Made by a program: the position numbers and the translations under genes
Origin: a virus
Length of the DNA stretch: 64,000 nucleotides
Virus record (IMG/VR): IMGVR_UViG_3300042691_039794
Location: 1 to 64,000 of that record
Direction: 5' to 3' (one strand)
Shown: piece after piece, positions 29,436 through 39,335 of the stretch
Layout of the letters: each line of letters opens with the position of its first letter
Numbering within the stretch: the first letter of the stretch is position 1
Notes under the pieces: model-generated
The model's input: only the letters and a program-made list of their open reading frames with translations
Databases searched by the model: none
What the model was told of the DNA's origin: nothing

Positions 29436-29858
29436 ATGAAAACATTTAAAAGATCTTCGGGTGTTCTTGTAAAAAAAGGTAATCAAGTTTTACTATGTAA
29501 AAGGGCGCCAAATCAAAATTTTGAAAGGAAATGGTCAATTCCTATGGGAGGTATTGAAGGAGATGAAACCCCAATAAATGCCGCTCATAGAGAATTTTTT
29601 GAAGAAACAAATTTAAAAATAGATGATGATTTGAAACTAGTCGGATTCATCAACAAATATATAAAAGAATCAAAAACTAAAAGAGGTATTGTTTACGTTT
29701 ATCTTTTAGAAAGTGATGACGATGAATTCTTACCTGATTTAGAAAACGCTAAAGATGGGCATGAACATACAGAATGTAAGTATTTTGACAAAAATGAAAT
29801 GCCTTTGGATGAAAAAAATGAAGATTTAATTAAAATTATTGAAAAAATATTGAAATAA
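29436..29858 (+). CDS. NUDIX hydrolase
   Basis: Nudix box GGIEGDETPINAAHREFFEETNL. Confidence 0.92.
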   Translation: MKTFKRSSGVLVKKGNQVLLCKRAPNQNFERKWSIPMGGIEGDETPINAAHREFFEETNLKIDDDLKLVGFINKYIKESKTKRGIVYVYLLESDDDEFLPDLENAKDGHEHTECKYFDKNEMPLDEKNEDLIKIIEKILK

Positions 29859-29876
29859 TTTTTGTATCTTTGTTTT

Positions 29877-30071
29877 ATGAGAACAATATCCTTAAACATT
29901 GTGGTTAATTCACACTTGAGTGACTCCTTGATTGAAGTCACTTTTAATCCTGAACTCGCTAAAGACAGAATCAGATTTGTTAAAATATTAATAAATCGTT
30001 ATCCTAACCTTGATCAAAGAATTAGTGAAGAAACCCTTAACAAAATTTGGGAAGAAGAAATTGGTTTCTAA
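29877..30071 (+). CDS. hypothetical protein
   Basis: ATG 5 nt after TATCTTTG (29865-29872); track start 29862 less likely. Confidence 0.65.
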   Translation: MRTISLNIVVNSHLSDSLIEVTFNPELAKDRIRFVKILINRYPNLDQRISEETLNKIWEEEIGF

Positions 30072-30130
30072 TTTGTAAAAAATGTTCATAAATAGTTTTT
30101 TATTTCAGAATTTTCAATTACCTTTGTTAT

Positions 30131-30406
30131 ATGAATAAGACAGGATACAAGATAAAAATAATGAATGAAAAGTTCGGAGATTTGATCAACGAAACATTTG
30201 TTGATCAAACACAGTTTAAGTTATTTTTGAAGATGGTGCACGCAAGTGTTGAACTTAAAGAAGATTTGACTTTTTTCAACGGGGAAACTTTCTATGTTCA
30301 CATACCCTATAAAGTTTTGAGTGATTCTGTAATTGTTACAAAAGTTTTAGAACTCAATTTGAATGAACAAGTTAGAAGTAAAATCGAAGCTCTTGTTACA
30401 GTTTAG
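30131..30406 (+). CDS. hypothetical protein
   Basis: ATG 5 nt after TACCTTTG (30119-30126). Confidence 0.72.
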   Translation: MNKTGYKIKIMNEKFGDLINETFVDQTQFKLFLKMVHASVELKEDLTFFNGETFYVHIPYKVLSDSVIVTKVLELNLNEQVRSKIEALVTV

Positions 30407-30466
30407 TTTCTTTGTTTGAGTTAAAAACAAAGTGGTGGAGTCGATCCATTTTGGACGACCTTATAG

Positions 30467-30492
30467 AAAAGGTGAATCAGTTCACCTTTTTT
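30467..30492 (+). terminator. intrinsic terminator
   Basis: aaaaggtgaa-tcag-ttcacctttttt. Confidence 0.85.
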
Positions 30493-30514
30493 AATTTAAG
30501 ATATTTATAATAGT

Positions 30515-31774
30515 ATGAAAAAAGTTGTTATATCACAAAATCAAGCAAGTTTCATTTCCAAAGTTTTTTTAAATGAGGCATTAGGGGTACCACAATCTAT
30601 TTTAGATTCGGGTGAAAAATTATATGATCAGATTTTAACCAATTTGAAATCTATTACGGAAAAAGAAGAAGAGTATGAATTTACAGGTAACCTTGACTTT
30701 GAGATTGGAGATAAAAAAAAGAAAAAAATAACTTCATACGAATTGACAGTCAGGACAGAAACATTTGAAAATTACAATGAAAAACCTCAAGTAATCTCAA
30801 TGGCAGTTGGAACGAATTTTGCATTCGACAGAACATTACTTAAAAAAGTAACAGAACCATCTACCGAGTTACACATGTCAATTACCTTTGCAGTTTCAGA
30901 AGATTGGGAACCAAACGAGTTATATGAATTTTTTCAAAATCATAAAGTCGAACAAACGGCATCTTTAGCACACGAAATAAAACATATGTATGACAAACAA
31001 GTTAGACCAACAGCTATGGTTGGTCATGACGCAGAATATCAAGCAACACAACACAAAGATAGTTTCGGAATACCAATAATTGATCATGAATTTTTTAGAA
31101 ACATGTATTTTGTTGCTGTTGCAGAAAACTTAGTAAGAACAACGGAAATTGCATCACAAATGAAATCATTGAATGTAACAAAGAAAAATTTTGAAAATTT
31201 TCTAAAAAATGAAAGAACCTACAAAGAATTGGTAGGAATCAAAAATTTTACTTTTGATTATTTTATTTCGGAACTAAAAAACCAAATGAATAGAGTAGAC
31301 GCTTTATTAGATTACATCGGAGAAAATCCAAATAAAATGACAGAAGACGAAAAAATCAAATCGGTTTTGGAAGTTGTATATATTTCAATCGTTAACAATA
31401 GGTTAAAATTTTTTATGGATATGACATCTAGACCTGCCGATAATTTTTTAAGATTCGGACAACAATTAGGGGCTTTACCTAGTTTTATGGGAAAAGATGT
31501 CACCCAATTAGAAAAAGTTGACGAAGTAAGAGAAAATTTTTTAAAATTTACCACAAGATTTCAAAAAGATCCGATCAAATTTTTTCAGTATGAATGTAAA
31601 AAATTTAATTTTGTTGCAGACAAACTTATTAGAAAAATAATTAAACTTTACGACATGGCAAATGACGATGAGACCCAAGTTACGGAATCAATTCAAAATT
31701 GGGATCTCCACCAAAAACTTATGGAAAAAAAATATGGTAAAAGAAAAATACACACAAAATATCTTTATAAATAA
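30515..31774 (+). CDS. putative zinc metallopeptidase-domain virion protein
   Basis: LAHEIKH (HExxH) and downstream E; N-terminal MKKVVISQNQ...LNEA; TATTTAT at 30502. Confidence 0.6.
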   Translation: MKKVVISQNQASFISKVFLNEALGVPQSILDSGEKLYDQILTNLKSITEKEEEYEFTGNLDFEIGDKKKKKITSYELTVRTETFENYNEKPQVISMAVGTNFAFDRTLLKKVTEPSTELHMSITFAVSEDWEPNELYEFFQNHKVEQTASLAHEIKHMYDKQVRPTAMVGHDAEYQATQHKDSFGIPIIDHEFFRNMYFVAVAENLVRTTEIASQMKSLNVTKKNFENFLKNERTYKELVGIKNFTFDYFISELKNQMNRVDALLDYIGENPNKMTEDEKIKSVLEVVYISIVNNRLKFFMDMTSRPADNFLRFGQQLGALPSFMGKDVTQLEKVDEVRENFLKFTTRFQKDPIKFFQYECKKFNFVADKLIRKIIKLYDMANDDETQVTESIQNWDLHQKLMEKKYGKRKIHTKYLYK

Positions 31775-32135
31775 AATAACAGTTTTTTTATTTTTATTAC
31801 TTTTTACATCAGTAACTCCATCAACGAAAGAATACAAAGGAATTGCTTCTTACTATGGAAAAACTTGGACTGGTAGATTAACTTCTTCGGGAGAAAAATT
31901 TTATGCCGACAGTTTAACTGCCGCACATAAAACATTCAAATTTGGCACAATTTTGAAAGTAACAAATACAATAAATGATTCTGTTAGATATGTAAAAGTT
32001 AATGATAGATTACCTAAAAGTTCTAAATTTATTATTGATCTTAGTTATGGAACTGCAAAACAACTTAACTTTCTTAAACGAGGAGTAATCCCTGTTGTTT
32101 TAGTTCCTGTCGACACCGTAAAAATCATAAAATAA
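31734..32135 (+). CDS. rlpA: RlpA-family (DPBB) lytic transglycosylase
   Basis: GIASYYG, TSSGE, TAAHKT, VKVNDR, IIDLS; start probably 31734. Confidence 0.85.
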   Translation: MVKEKYTQNIFINKITVFLFLLLFTSVTPSTKEYKGIASYYGKTWTGRLTSSGEKFYADSLTAAHKTFKFGTILKVTNTINDSVRYVKVNDRLPKSSKFIIDLSYGTAKQLNFLKRGVIPVVLVPVDTVKIIK

Positions 32136-32171
32136 TTTTCCCAACCCAATTTAATTTCCTATCTTTGTTTC

Positions 32172-32405
32172 ATGTGGACAACTAAAGAAACAAAAAGAGA
32201 ATATCGTGGGGTAACAATATGGAAGTTTGAAGGATCAAAAGTTAAAGACTCCTTCAGACGTGGAGACCCACGCACATTTCAAAAAGACGATAAGAGGTTT
32301 ACAAAATGGCATTCTTATCAGGTTGAGCTATTTGGTATTAAATACGAATCAGAATTGTTAAGAGACGTAAAAAAGTATATTGATTCAATCTTTGATAAAA
32401 TATGA
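32172..32405 (+). CDS. hypothetical protein
   Basis: ATG 5 nt after TATCTTTG (32160-32167). Confidence 0.7.
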   Translation: MWTTKETKREYRGVTIWKFEGSKVKDSFRRGDPRTFQKDDKRFTKWHSYQVELFGIKYESELLRDVKKYIDSIFDKI

Positions 32406-32584
32406 AAAAACCTTGTAAGGAATGTCCACATGTAATTCGTAATCGTCATAATGATATGATTGTAGAGTTCGGTAAGAGAAGTGGAAAGAAACACAACTGT
32501 CACATGACAGAAGGGGTAAAAGATTTATGGAATGTTACAGATAAAAAATTAGAATGTTATGGATCAAGAAATGAAAAAGTTTAG
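32402..32584 (+). CDS. small Cys/His zinc-binding protein
   Basis: PCKECP...HNCH...C. Confidence 0.65.
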   Translation: MKKPCKECPHVIRNRHNDMIVEFGKRSGKKHNCHMTEGVKDLWNVTDKKLECYGSRNEKV

Positions 32585-32765
32585 ATTACCAAGAAAAACA
32601 AAAAAGAAACTAGAAAAAGATTTTTACACTTATCCAAAAAGTGAACAAAACACTTATTTAGTTGCTTGGCCATCAAAATACGAGGAAGATTATATTGCAT
32701 ATAAAAAAGGATTGTTAAGAGGTTTAAAAGAAGAATCAAAAAAAAGATTAAAAGATGAAAGATAG
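32559..32765 (+). CDS. hypothetical protein
   Basis: FRLPRKTKK motif. Confidence 0.6.
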   Translation: MDQEMKKFRLPRKTKKKLEKDFYTYPKSEQNTYLVAWPSKYEEDYIAYKKGLLRGLKEESKKRLKDER

Positions 32766-32976
32766 AGAGATGATTTACGGAGTTTGTGATAAGACAGGAT
32801 CTTGTGATTCTTATTTTGGTTTTTTTAAGACCAGAGAGGGTGCAGAACATGAAGTTGAAATCCAAGCCAAAAGACTCAAAGAAGATTTGGGTATGATGGA
32901 TATTGAAATAAAATCAGATAGGGCAATTTCTCAAGGTAAGTTAGTTATTGTAATCCACCAATATGTTTTGAGATGA
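32755..32976 (+). CDS. hypothetical protein, paralog of 36810..37055
   Basis: IYGVCDKT-GSCDSYFGFFK. Confidence 0.65.
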   Translation: MKDREMIYGVCDKTGSCDSYFGFFKTREGAEHEVEIQAKRLKEDLGMMDIEIKSDRAISQGKLVIVIHQYVLR

Positions 32977-33127
32977 TCAACCCAACAGGAAAAAAATTAG
33001 AGAAACTTTTATTTGGAATGTTTAACGACAGAGTTGAAAGTGATACTATTTCATACGAGAATGAGATTAAATCAAACATCAACACATCCCTTAGTAATTT
33101 ACTAGAAAAACTTAATAACGAAGCATA

Positions 33128-33370
33128 ATGAATGACTACCAACAAAGATTGATAAACGAAATGTTATCAAAATTATTAGAAGCTAGAAGTTATATTAATA
33201 TTAGTATTGTATTAACAATATTATTTTTATTAGAGTTTGTTTTAGTTTTACTTGGTTATGGTAAGTTTGATTTTTTCTACTTCTCAATATTAATTGTTAC
33301 CTTTGTTGGTAACACACATATGAATAGAAAACACAAAATCGCAATGAAAGAATATGAAAACACTATCTAG
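33128..33370 (+). CDS. two-TM membrane protein
   Basis: hydrophobic segments. Confidence 0.65.
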   Translation: MNDYQQRLINEMLSKLLEARSYINISIVLTILFLLEFVLVLLGYGKFDFFYFSILIVTFVGNTHMNRKHKIAMKEYENTI

Positions 33371-33602
33371 AATTATTTTATTACTACTATTATCTTTTTC
33401 ATGTACGAAAAAAGAATATAGATACGAAATACACGGTAAAATATATGTACCTACTAGTGGATTAAGTGGTTTACATGATGCCGTTTGGTACGCTGACAGC
33501 ATTGATTACAGTGGGGATACTTTATTTTACATAAACAGTAATGGTGCCCGAGTGAATATAAGACCACCATATAAGTTAATTGACCATAAAAAGAAAAAAT
33601 GA
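33354..33602 (+). CDS. small lipoprotein
   Basis: lipobox LSFSC. Confidence 0.65.
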   Translation: MKTLSRIILLLLLSFSCTKKEYRYEIHGKIYVPTSGLSGLHDAVWYADSIDYSGDTLFYINSNGARVNIRPPYKLIDHKKKK

Positions 33603-34180
33603 AAACATATAAACAACTACCAATTCCTGAAGACACTGCTTGGGAAAGAAAAACATTATTCGGAATGTTACACTGGAGAATTAGAAATTTTCTAACCAGT
33701 TGTAATAACCTCATCAAATGGTTTCCTACTATTTGGTACGACAGAGATTGGGACGGTCACTTCATCTTAAAAATCTTACAAAAGAAAATAGAGTTCCAAA
33801 GAAAAGAACTTGTTAACGCCAACCGACACACAAGAATCGAATCGGACAATCGTGACATGACTTTAGCCCTTAATTTACTTGAAAGAGTAAAAGAAGAATA
33901 TTACAGTTTGGAATGTATGGATTATTGGGATTCTGAAATAGTATTTGATGATGTCCCTGAAACCCCTGAACTTAAGTCTGTAGAGGTTAATACAACGGCA
34001 GAGAGATATGATGAATACTTAGCAAAATACCCATCTTCAGTTCGAGTGCTTACCAAAGAACACGGTGAAGAATTGGATAAAGAACGTTTATGCTTGATGG
34101 TATCTAACTATAACCACAAAAAGGCGAATAAACTTCTTTTTCGTATTTTAGAAGAAAGATTAGCCTATTGGTGGGATTAA
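33599..34180 (+). CDS. hypothetical phage protein
   Basis: WFPTIWYDRDWD...WWD. Confidence 0.75.
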   Translation: MKTYKQLPIPEDTAWERKTLFGMLHWRIRNFLTSCNNLIKWFPTIWYDRDWDGHFILKILQKKIEFQRKELVNANRHTRIESDNRDMTLALNLLERVKEEYYSLECMDYWDSEIVFDDVPETPELKSVEVNTTAERYDEYLAKYPSSVRVLTKEHGEELDKERLCLMVSNYNHKKANKLLFRILEERLAYWWD

Positions 34181-34205
34181 AAATATTATTTATATTTTTG
34201 TAAAA

Positions 34206-34571
34206 ATGAAAAAGGTAGAAACAAAATTTGGAACTTATATTGATATGGAAACAAAAAGCAACACAGAATTAACCAGTGATAAAATCAAGGTATTCGTAGA
34301 AAGATTGAAAAAGATTGGTATTGAAGTTAAACTTCAGGGTAACTTTCCTTGGGTTTATCTTGATGAAATCTGTGGTATCAAAGTAAAAGAAAAGTTTGCA
34401 GGTAATCACGGGTTTACTATAATCTTTCTTCCTGGTAGAATCGACTCACCACCATCTGATTTTACAGATATTGGGGAGACATTCAAACTAATACGAAAGT
34501 ATAGTAGAGAAGCAAAACTTGTTGAGTTAATGAGAATGGACGAAAAAGACGGAATGTATGACACTGAATGA
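34206..34571 (+). CDS. hypothetical protein
   Basis: GNFPWVYLD; TATTTTTG at 34193-34200. Confidence 0.72.
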   Translation: MKKVETKFGTYIDMETKSNTELTSDKIKVFVERLKKIGIEVKLQGNFPWVYLDEICGIKVKEKFAGNHGFTIIFLPGRIDSPPSDFTDIGETFKLIRKYSREAKLVELMRMDEKDGMYDTE

Positions 34572-34947
34572 ATTAAGGGTGGGTAGTGTAGTGACCCACC
34601 CACTTTTTGGTACACCAACAAAGGTTAGGTCAATCGCCTTCAACGGACTTTATATAGGAACTCCAAATGGTGGCCCAATTCATATTGACGACTTCAAACC
34701 TGTTGAGATAACAGATAAGGTATTGGAGTTATTAAAGTTTATTAGAATGGTGGAAACGGCCCCTGGTATTGGTGAGTTTGATTGGTGGGAAACCGACGAT
34801 CTGTCACTGACACATATACACGAAGGTCTGTATGGTGTTGATGGGTTAAGTGGTATTAAACCGATGAGATATGTTCATCAGTTACAAAATGCATATTTTG
34901 TTGTAACAGGAAATGAATTAGATACAGAAGAATTATTATATTTGTAA
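34558..34947 (+). CDS. hypothetical protein
   Basis: ELRVG...YVHQLQNAYF...GNEL pattern. Confidence 0.72.
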   Translation: MTLNELRVGSVVTHPLFGTPTKVRSIAFNGLYIGTPNGGPIHIDDFKPVEITDKVLELLKFIRMVETAPGIGEFDWWETDDLSLTHIHEGLYGVDGLSGIKPMRYVHQLQNAYFVVTGNELDTEELLYL

Positions 34948-34949
34948 AA

Positions 34950-35372
34950 ATGGAAAAAGAAAAACAAAAATACAGAATCTATTTAGATGATGTTCGTACA
35001 CCAGTTGATAAAGATTGGATTGTTGTTCGTTCTTACGATGAGTTCGTTCAAAAGATCAACGCAATTGGTTTGGAGAACATTGAACTCATCTCTTTAGATC
35101 ACGACTTGGGTGATAGTGCAATGAGAGAATGGCATTACGGTGTTGTAAAAAACTACACTATTAACTACGATAACATTACCGAAAAAACTGGTATGGATTG
35201 TACTAAATGGTTAGTGAATCAATGGTTAGATGGTAAACCTGTTGTTGAAGTTGTGGTTCATTCTGCAAATGCGGTTGGAAGTGGGAACATGATGGGTTAC
35301 ATTAACAATTACCTACACTTAAATAGAATGGAACAAAATTGCGTAAGAGTTAAAATTGAACACACAGTATAG
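34950..35372 (+). CDS. cyclic-phosphate-processing receiver-like domain protein
   Basis: IYLDDVR, ISLDHDLG, TGMDCTKWL, VHSANAVG. Confidence 0.8.
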   Translation: MEKEKQKYRIYLDDVRTPVDKDWIVVRSYDEFVQKINAIGLENIELISLDHDLGDSAMREWHYGVVKNYTINYDNITEKTGMDCTKWLVNQWLDGKPVVEVVVHSANAVGSGNMMGYINNYLHLNRMEQNCVRVKIEHTV

Positions 35373-35375
35373 ATT

Positions 35376-35633
35376 ATGGAATTAGAAAAATTTGAACAAG
35401 CAAAAAAAGTAAAAGAAGATCTTGATAGATTAGAAAGACAAAAACGAAAATTGGAATACGCTCTTGGATCTTGTAGGTTGGGGGTAACTATTAGTTTTAC
35501 ACAGGGGCCGTTTAATAGAAAAGATGAGGTTTCTATTAATAGTATTAGTATTATTAAAGAAATGATAACCAAAGAACTTGAAAGAGTGGCGGAAGAAATT
35601 GAGTTAATTAAAAAAGAATTTGAAAAAATATAG
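35376..35633 (+). CDS. hypothetical coiled-coil protein
   Basis: ORF. Confidence 0.65.
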   Translation: MELEKFEQAKKVKEDLDRLERQKRKLEYALGSCRLGVTISFTQGPFNRKDEVSINSISIIKEMITKELERVAEEIELIKKEFEKI

Positions 35634-35636
35634 AAA

Positions 35637-36770
35637 ATGGAAAATTTAAATAGTGTATGTTATGTTGGTGTGATTGGTGAAATCCGACCAATAGAAGGGG
35701 CAGATAACATAGAACTTGCAATGGTTGGTGGTTGGCAAGCAATCACCAAAAAAGGCGAATACCAAGTTGGTAATAAGGTTGTTGTTGCAACCACTGATGC
35801 TGTGATCCCACAAGCGTTATCTGACCTTATGGGGGTGACTGGTTACCTTCGTAAAGGTCAACGAGTTAGAACAGTAAAACTTCGTGGAGTTTACTCTGAA
35901 TGTTTGTTAATACCGTTCAAGTACTTAGCACCAAAATCTTTAGAGAACAATGTTGAGGAAGGTCACGACATGATGGGTATTTTAGGTGTTACCAAATACG
36001 AACCACCAGTCAAAATGGTTGAGATGAGTGTTGGAGGTAGAAAAATCAAATACCACCAAAACCCTAACTTCCATGTTTACTACAAGTTTCCTAACTTGAA
36101 GAATGTACCTGAGTTGTTCACCGAAGAAGATGTTGTTACAATCACTCGTAAACTTCACGGAACAAATGCTCGTTACGGTATCGTTAAAAAGAAAAAACTT
36201 TCTTTGTTGGATCGTGTTAGAAAGTTCTTTGGAAACAAGTGGGTTGAGTTTGAATATGTTTATGGATCCCATAATGTTGAGAAAGGTTCTGACTCTCAAG
36301 GTTTTTACTCTACCGATGTTTGGAGAACTGTTGCGGATGAATACAAGATCAAAGAAAAGTTGTGGGATTATGTGAAAACTTACTTCATTCCTCAACATTT
36401 AGGTAGTGGTGTTGTGATCTATGGTGAGATCTACGGACACGGGATCCAAAAAAACTATGAATATGGTTTACAGGATATTAAGTTTGCAGGTTTCGATGTT
36501 GAAATCAATGGTGAATACAAAGATTTTAGTGTTGAACGAGGGATATTTAACACCTTAGATTTACCAACCGTTGAAGTTTTGTATAAAGGTAATTGGTCTA
36601 AAGAAGAACAAGACAAACATGTTTTTGGAAACTTTATTGAAGGAACCAAAGTTCCACATGAAGGTATTGTTGTGAAGTCAATCACTGGTGATCGTCACAA
36701 AGTAGCAAAAGTTATCAATCCTGATTACTTAATCTACGGAGAGAAAAATAATGTTGGTGACTCCCATTGA
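35637..36770 (+). CDS. ATP-dependent RNA ligase (DRB0094/Rnl family with N-terminal OB domain)
   Basis: PIEGADNIE, KLRGVYS, motif I KLHGTN, YGEIYG, FDV, EGIVVK, K-VI. Confidence 0.9.
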   Translation: MENLNSVCYVGVIGEIRPIEGADNIELAMVGGWQAITKKGEYQVGNKVVVATTDAVIPQALSDLMGVTGYLRKGQRVRTVKLRGVYSECLLIPFKYLAPKSLENNVEEGHDMMGILGVTKYEPPVKMVEMSVGGRKIKYHQNPNFHVYYKFPNLKNVPELFTEEDVVTITRKLHGTNARYGIVKKKKLSLLDRVRKFFGNKWVEFEYVYGSHNVEKGSDSQGFYSTDVWRTVADEYKIKEKLWDYVKTYFIPQHLGSGVVIYGEIYGHGIQKNYEYGLQDIKFAGFDVEINGEYKDFSVERGIFNTLDLPTVEVLYKGNWSKEEQDKHVFGNFIEGTKVPHEGIVVKSITGDRHKVAKVINPDYLIYGEKNNVGDSH

Positions 36771-36786
36771 TGGAGTCACCTTTTTT
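36756..36786 (+). terminator. intrinsic terminator
   Basis: ggtgactcc-cattgat-ggagtcacc-tttttt. Confidence 0.85.
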
Positions 36787-36809
36787 ACTTATCATTTAAA
36801 AAACAAAAA

Positions 36810-37055
36810 ATGGCAGAAGAAAACGACCTGATATACGGAGTCTACGACAAAACAAGAGGTGTTGGAGGATGTGATGACTACTTTGGATACTTCAAAAAAC
36901 ATAAAGATGCTAAATCTGAAATGAAAACTCAGTTTGAACATCTAAAACAAAAAAACCCAAAAGAGACTTTGAAATTGTATAAGGACAGAGTCGTTAAAGT
37001 GAAAGATAAAACAGAAGATATATTGATAATTATTCATCCAATTTTAGTAAGATAA
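36810..37055 (+). CDS. hypothetical protein, paralog of 32755..32976
   Basis: IYGVYDKTRGVGGCDDYFGYFK. Confidence 0.65.
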   Translation: MAEENDLIYGVYDKTRGVGGCDDYFGYFKKHKDAKSEMKTQFEHLKQKNPKETLKLYKDRVVKVKDKTEDILIIIHPILVR

Positions 37056-37059
37056 TTTT

Positions 37060-37977
37060 ATGGGACTTAAAAGATTAAAAAAAGAAAATGATTTTTTGAA
37101 TTTGTCATTGATAGAAATAATTTCATCAATCGACCCAAGTAAAACTAAAAAATACACACAGTTTTTAGTTAAAATGATCAAAAAAGATATGAAAAGTAGA
37201 TTAGGAACTCAAAAATATGATGAATTAAATCCTCATTGGGAAAAAGTTTCTTCCAAGTTTGACTGGGAAAAAAATCAAATGAAATCAATTATTACATTAC
37301 AATTGTTGAAACATTTGTTTCCCTATGACGGAATAACAAATTTTGTTACTTTTTGTGAATTTTCAGAAAAAAAAATGATCGATGATAATGATATATCAAA
37401 GTACTCTACATGGGAAAAAATTCAATCTGAAAATTATTTTGCACAAAATAAAGAAGAATTAAAGAAATGTAAAAAGGATATAAAAATAATTTTGGACAAT
37501 GAAGATTATTTGATTTTGAAACCATTAAGTCATTTGTCTTCAGTAAAGTATGGATATAACACAAAATGGTGTACAGCGGCTTTGAATGATCCTGATTATT
37601 TTTATAATCATTCTTATGATGGAATTCTTATTTATGTTATTGATAAAATTACAAACAAAAAATTTGCCTTCTATCGAAAAGGGATATTTAAAAATTCTGG
37701 ATTACAAGTTTATAATTCTGAAGACGAAAGAATTGATTCCTATCAAACAGGAATACCAAGAGACGTTTTAGAAATTTTATTTAAAGAAACCGACCCAATT
37801 TACAACAAAAACAATTTCGAGTATTTCAATGACGACCAAAAAAAGAAAATTGCAAATTCTAGATTATTAGAAGAAATACCGGCACCTATTATACCAATCA
37901 ATCGACATAATACTACGTTCAATTATGAGGATTTTTTGACACAATCAACCGATAATTTATTAGACGAGTTACCATGA
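37060..37977 (+). CDS. PcfJ-like WC-domain protein
   Basis: DPSKTKKY, SVKYGYNTKWCTA, LIYVIDK. Confidence 0.6.
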   Translation: MGLKRLKKENDFLNLSLIEIISSIDPSKTKKYTQFLVKMIKKDMKSRLGTQKYDELNPHWEKVSSKFDWEKNQMKSIITLQLLKHLFPYDGITNFVTFCEFSEKKMIDDNDISKYSTWEKIQSENYFAQNKEELKKCKKDIKIILDNEDYLILKPLSHLSSVKYGYNTKWCTAALNDPDYFYNHSYDGILIYVIDKITNKKFAFYRKGIFKNSGLQVYNSEDERIDSYQTGIPRDVLEILFKETDPIYNKNNFEYFNDDQKKKIANSRLLEEIPAPIIPINRHNTTFNYEDFLTQSTDNLLDELP

Positions 37978-38165
37978 AAAAAAAAGTTTTAGTTAGATTG
38001 GAAGATTCTATGATTTATAAAACACATATAGAAATTGATTTTACAAAAGTTAAAAATATCATGCCATTTCCAAATGATGTTTTTTTTGAAATCGATAATT
38101 TGAAAGTCGCCATCAAACGTGAAGAATGGGACAAAATACAAGAAGAAATGTTAAAAATTAATTAG
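37974..38165 (+). CDS. hypothetical protein
   Basis: ORF. Confidence 0.6.
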   Translation: MKKKVLVRLEDSMIYKTHIEIDFTKVKNIMPFPNDVFFEIDNLKVAIKREEWDKIQEEMLKIN

Positions 38166-38169
38166 TAAT

Positions 38170-39183
38170 ATGAAAGAAAATATAGAAGATATGATTATTG
38201 ATTTGAAAAATTTGGATTCAATGGATCCTGAAATGATTATGAACGATTATTTAAATGAACCATATGACGACCGAATTGAATACACCAACAACGATAAATC
38301 CCAAAGTACCAATTCAACAACTCCAACATGTTGGGGAACGTTGCAAGACGAAGAATTTGTTCCGGCATTTAAATCAGTTGATAAAGTACCTGCTGGTATT
38401 TATGAGATAGTATGGAATAGATCACTTTCTCAACACACAATAAAAAAACAACCATTTAAAACAGATGAATTATATCAATTACCTTCTTACGAAATTCAAG
38501 ACATTCTTAAAGACATCCAAAATTTTTGGGATCGTAGAGACAAATATCGAGAGTATAACTTTGTTCATAAGCGTGGGATTTTAATGTATGGCGAACCTGG
38601 TTGCGGTAAATCAGGAATAATACAGTTGATTTCAAAACAACTAATTGAAAACGACGGAATTATTCTTAACATCAAAGATCACGACGATGTTGAATATTTT
38701 ATTGACTTCATTGCAACATTTAGAAAAATTGAACCAAATAGACCATTGATTGTTTTATTGGAAGATATTGATTCTATTGCCGGAGAAAGTAATCATTCTA
38801 CAAGTAAACTATTGAACATCCTTGATGGTGTAAAACAAATTGAAGATGTTGTATATATTGCAACAACAAACTACCCTGAAAAATTACAAGAAAGAATTAC
38901 AAACCGACCTTCTCGTTTTGATAGACGTTACAAAGTGGAACTTCCTAATGATGAAATTAGAGAAGCTTACATTCGTCACAAATTGAAAGAAGAAGATTTA
39001 GAAAATGTTGACATCTCTGAATGGGTTAGAAGAACCGAAGGAATGTCATTATCTCACTTGAAAGAAGTTGTAATATCAACTATTGTTATGGGTAGAGAAT
39101 TCGAGGAAGTGATGGATAACCTTGAAGGATTGAAAAAAGCACCATCAATTAAAGGATCAGGAAAAGTAGGATTTAACAGATAA
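38170..39183 (+). CDS. AAA+ ATPase
   Basis: GEPGCGKS, LLEDID, ATTN, RPSRFD. Confidence 0.92.
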   Translation: MKENIEDMIIDLKNLDSMDPEMIMNDYLNEPYDDRIEYTNNDKSQSTNSTTPTCWGTLQDEEFVPAFKSVDKVPAGIYEIVWNRSLSQHTIKKQPFKTDELYQLPSYEIQDILKDIQNFWDRRDKYREYNFVHKRGILMYGEPGCGKSGIIQLISKQLIENDGIILNIKDHDDVEYFIDFIATFRKIEPNRPLIVLLEDIDSIAGESNHSTSKLLNILDGVKQIEDVVYIATTNYPEKLQERITNRPSRFDRRYKVELPNDEIREAYIRHKLKEEDLENVDISEWVRRTEGMSLSHLKEVVISTIVMGREFEEVMDNLEGLKKAPSIKGSGKVGFNR

Positions 39184-39335
39184 GATATGAAAAAAGGAAT
39201 TTATTATTTACCGTTGTTTTTATTAATATTATTTATAATGGTTGGAACATTTTATTGTGGTGATTATTTAGGTTTCGCCATGTCAACATTATCTATGTTG
39301 TTGTTAGGTGAGGTTTATTATTTAAGATTTATAAA

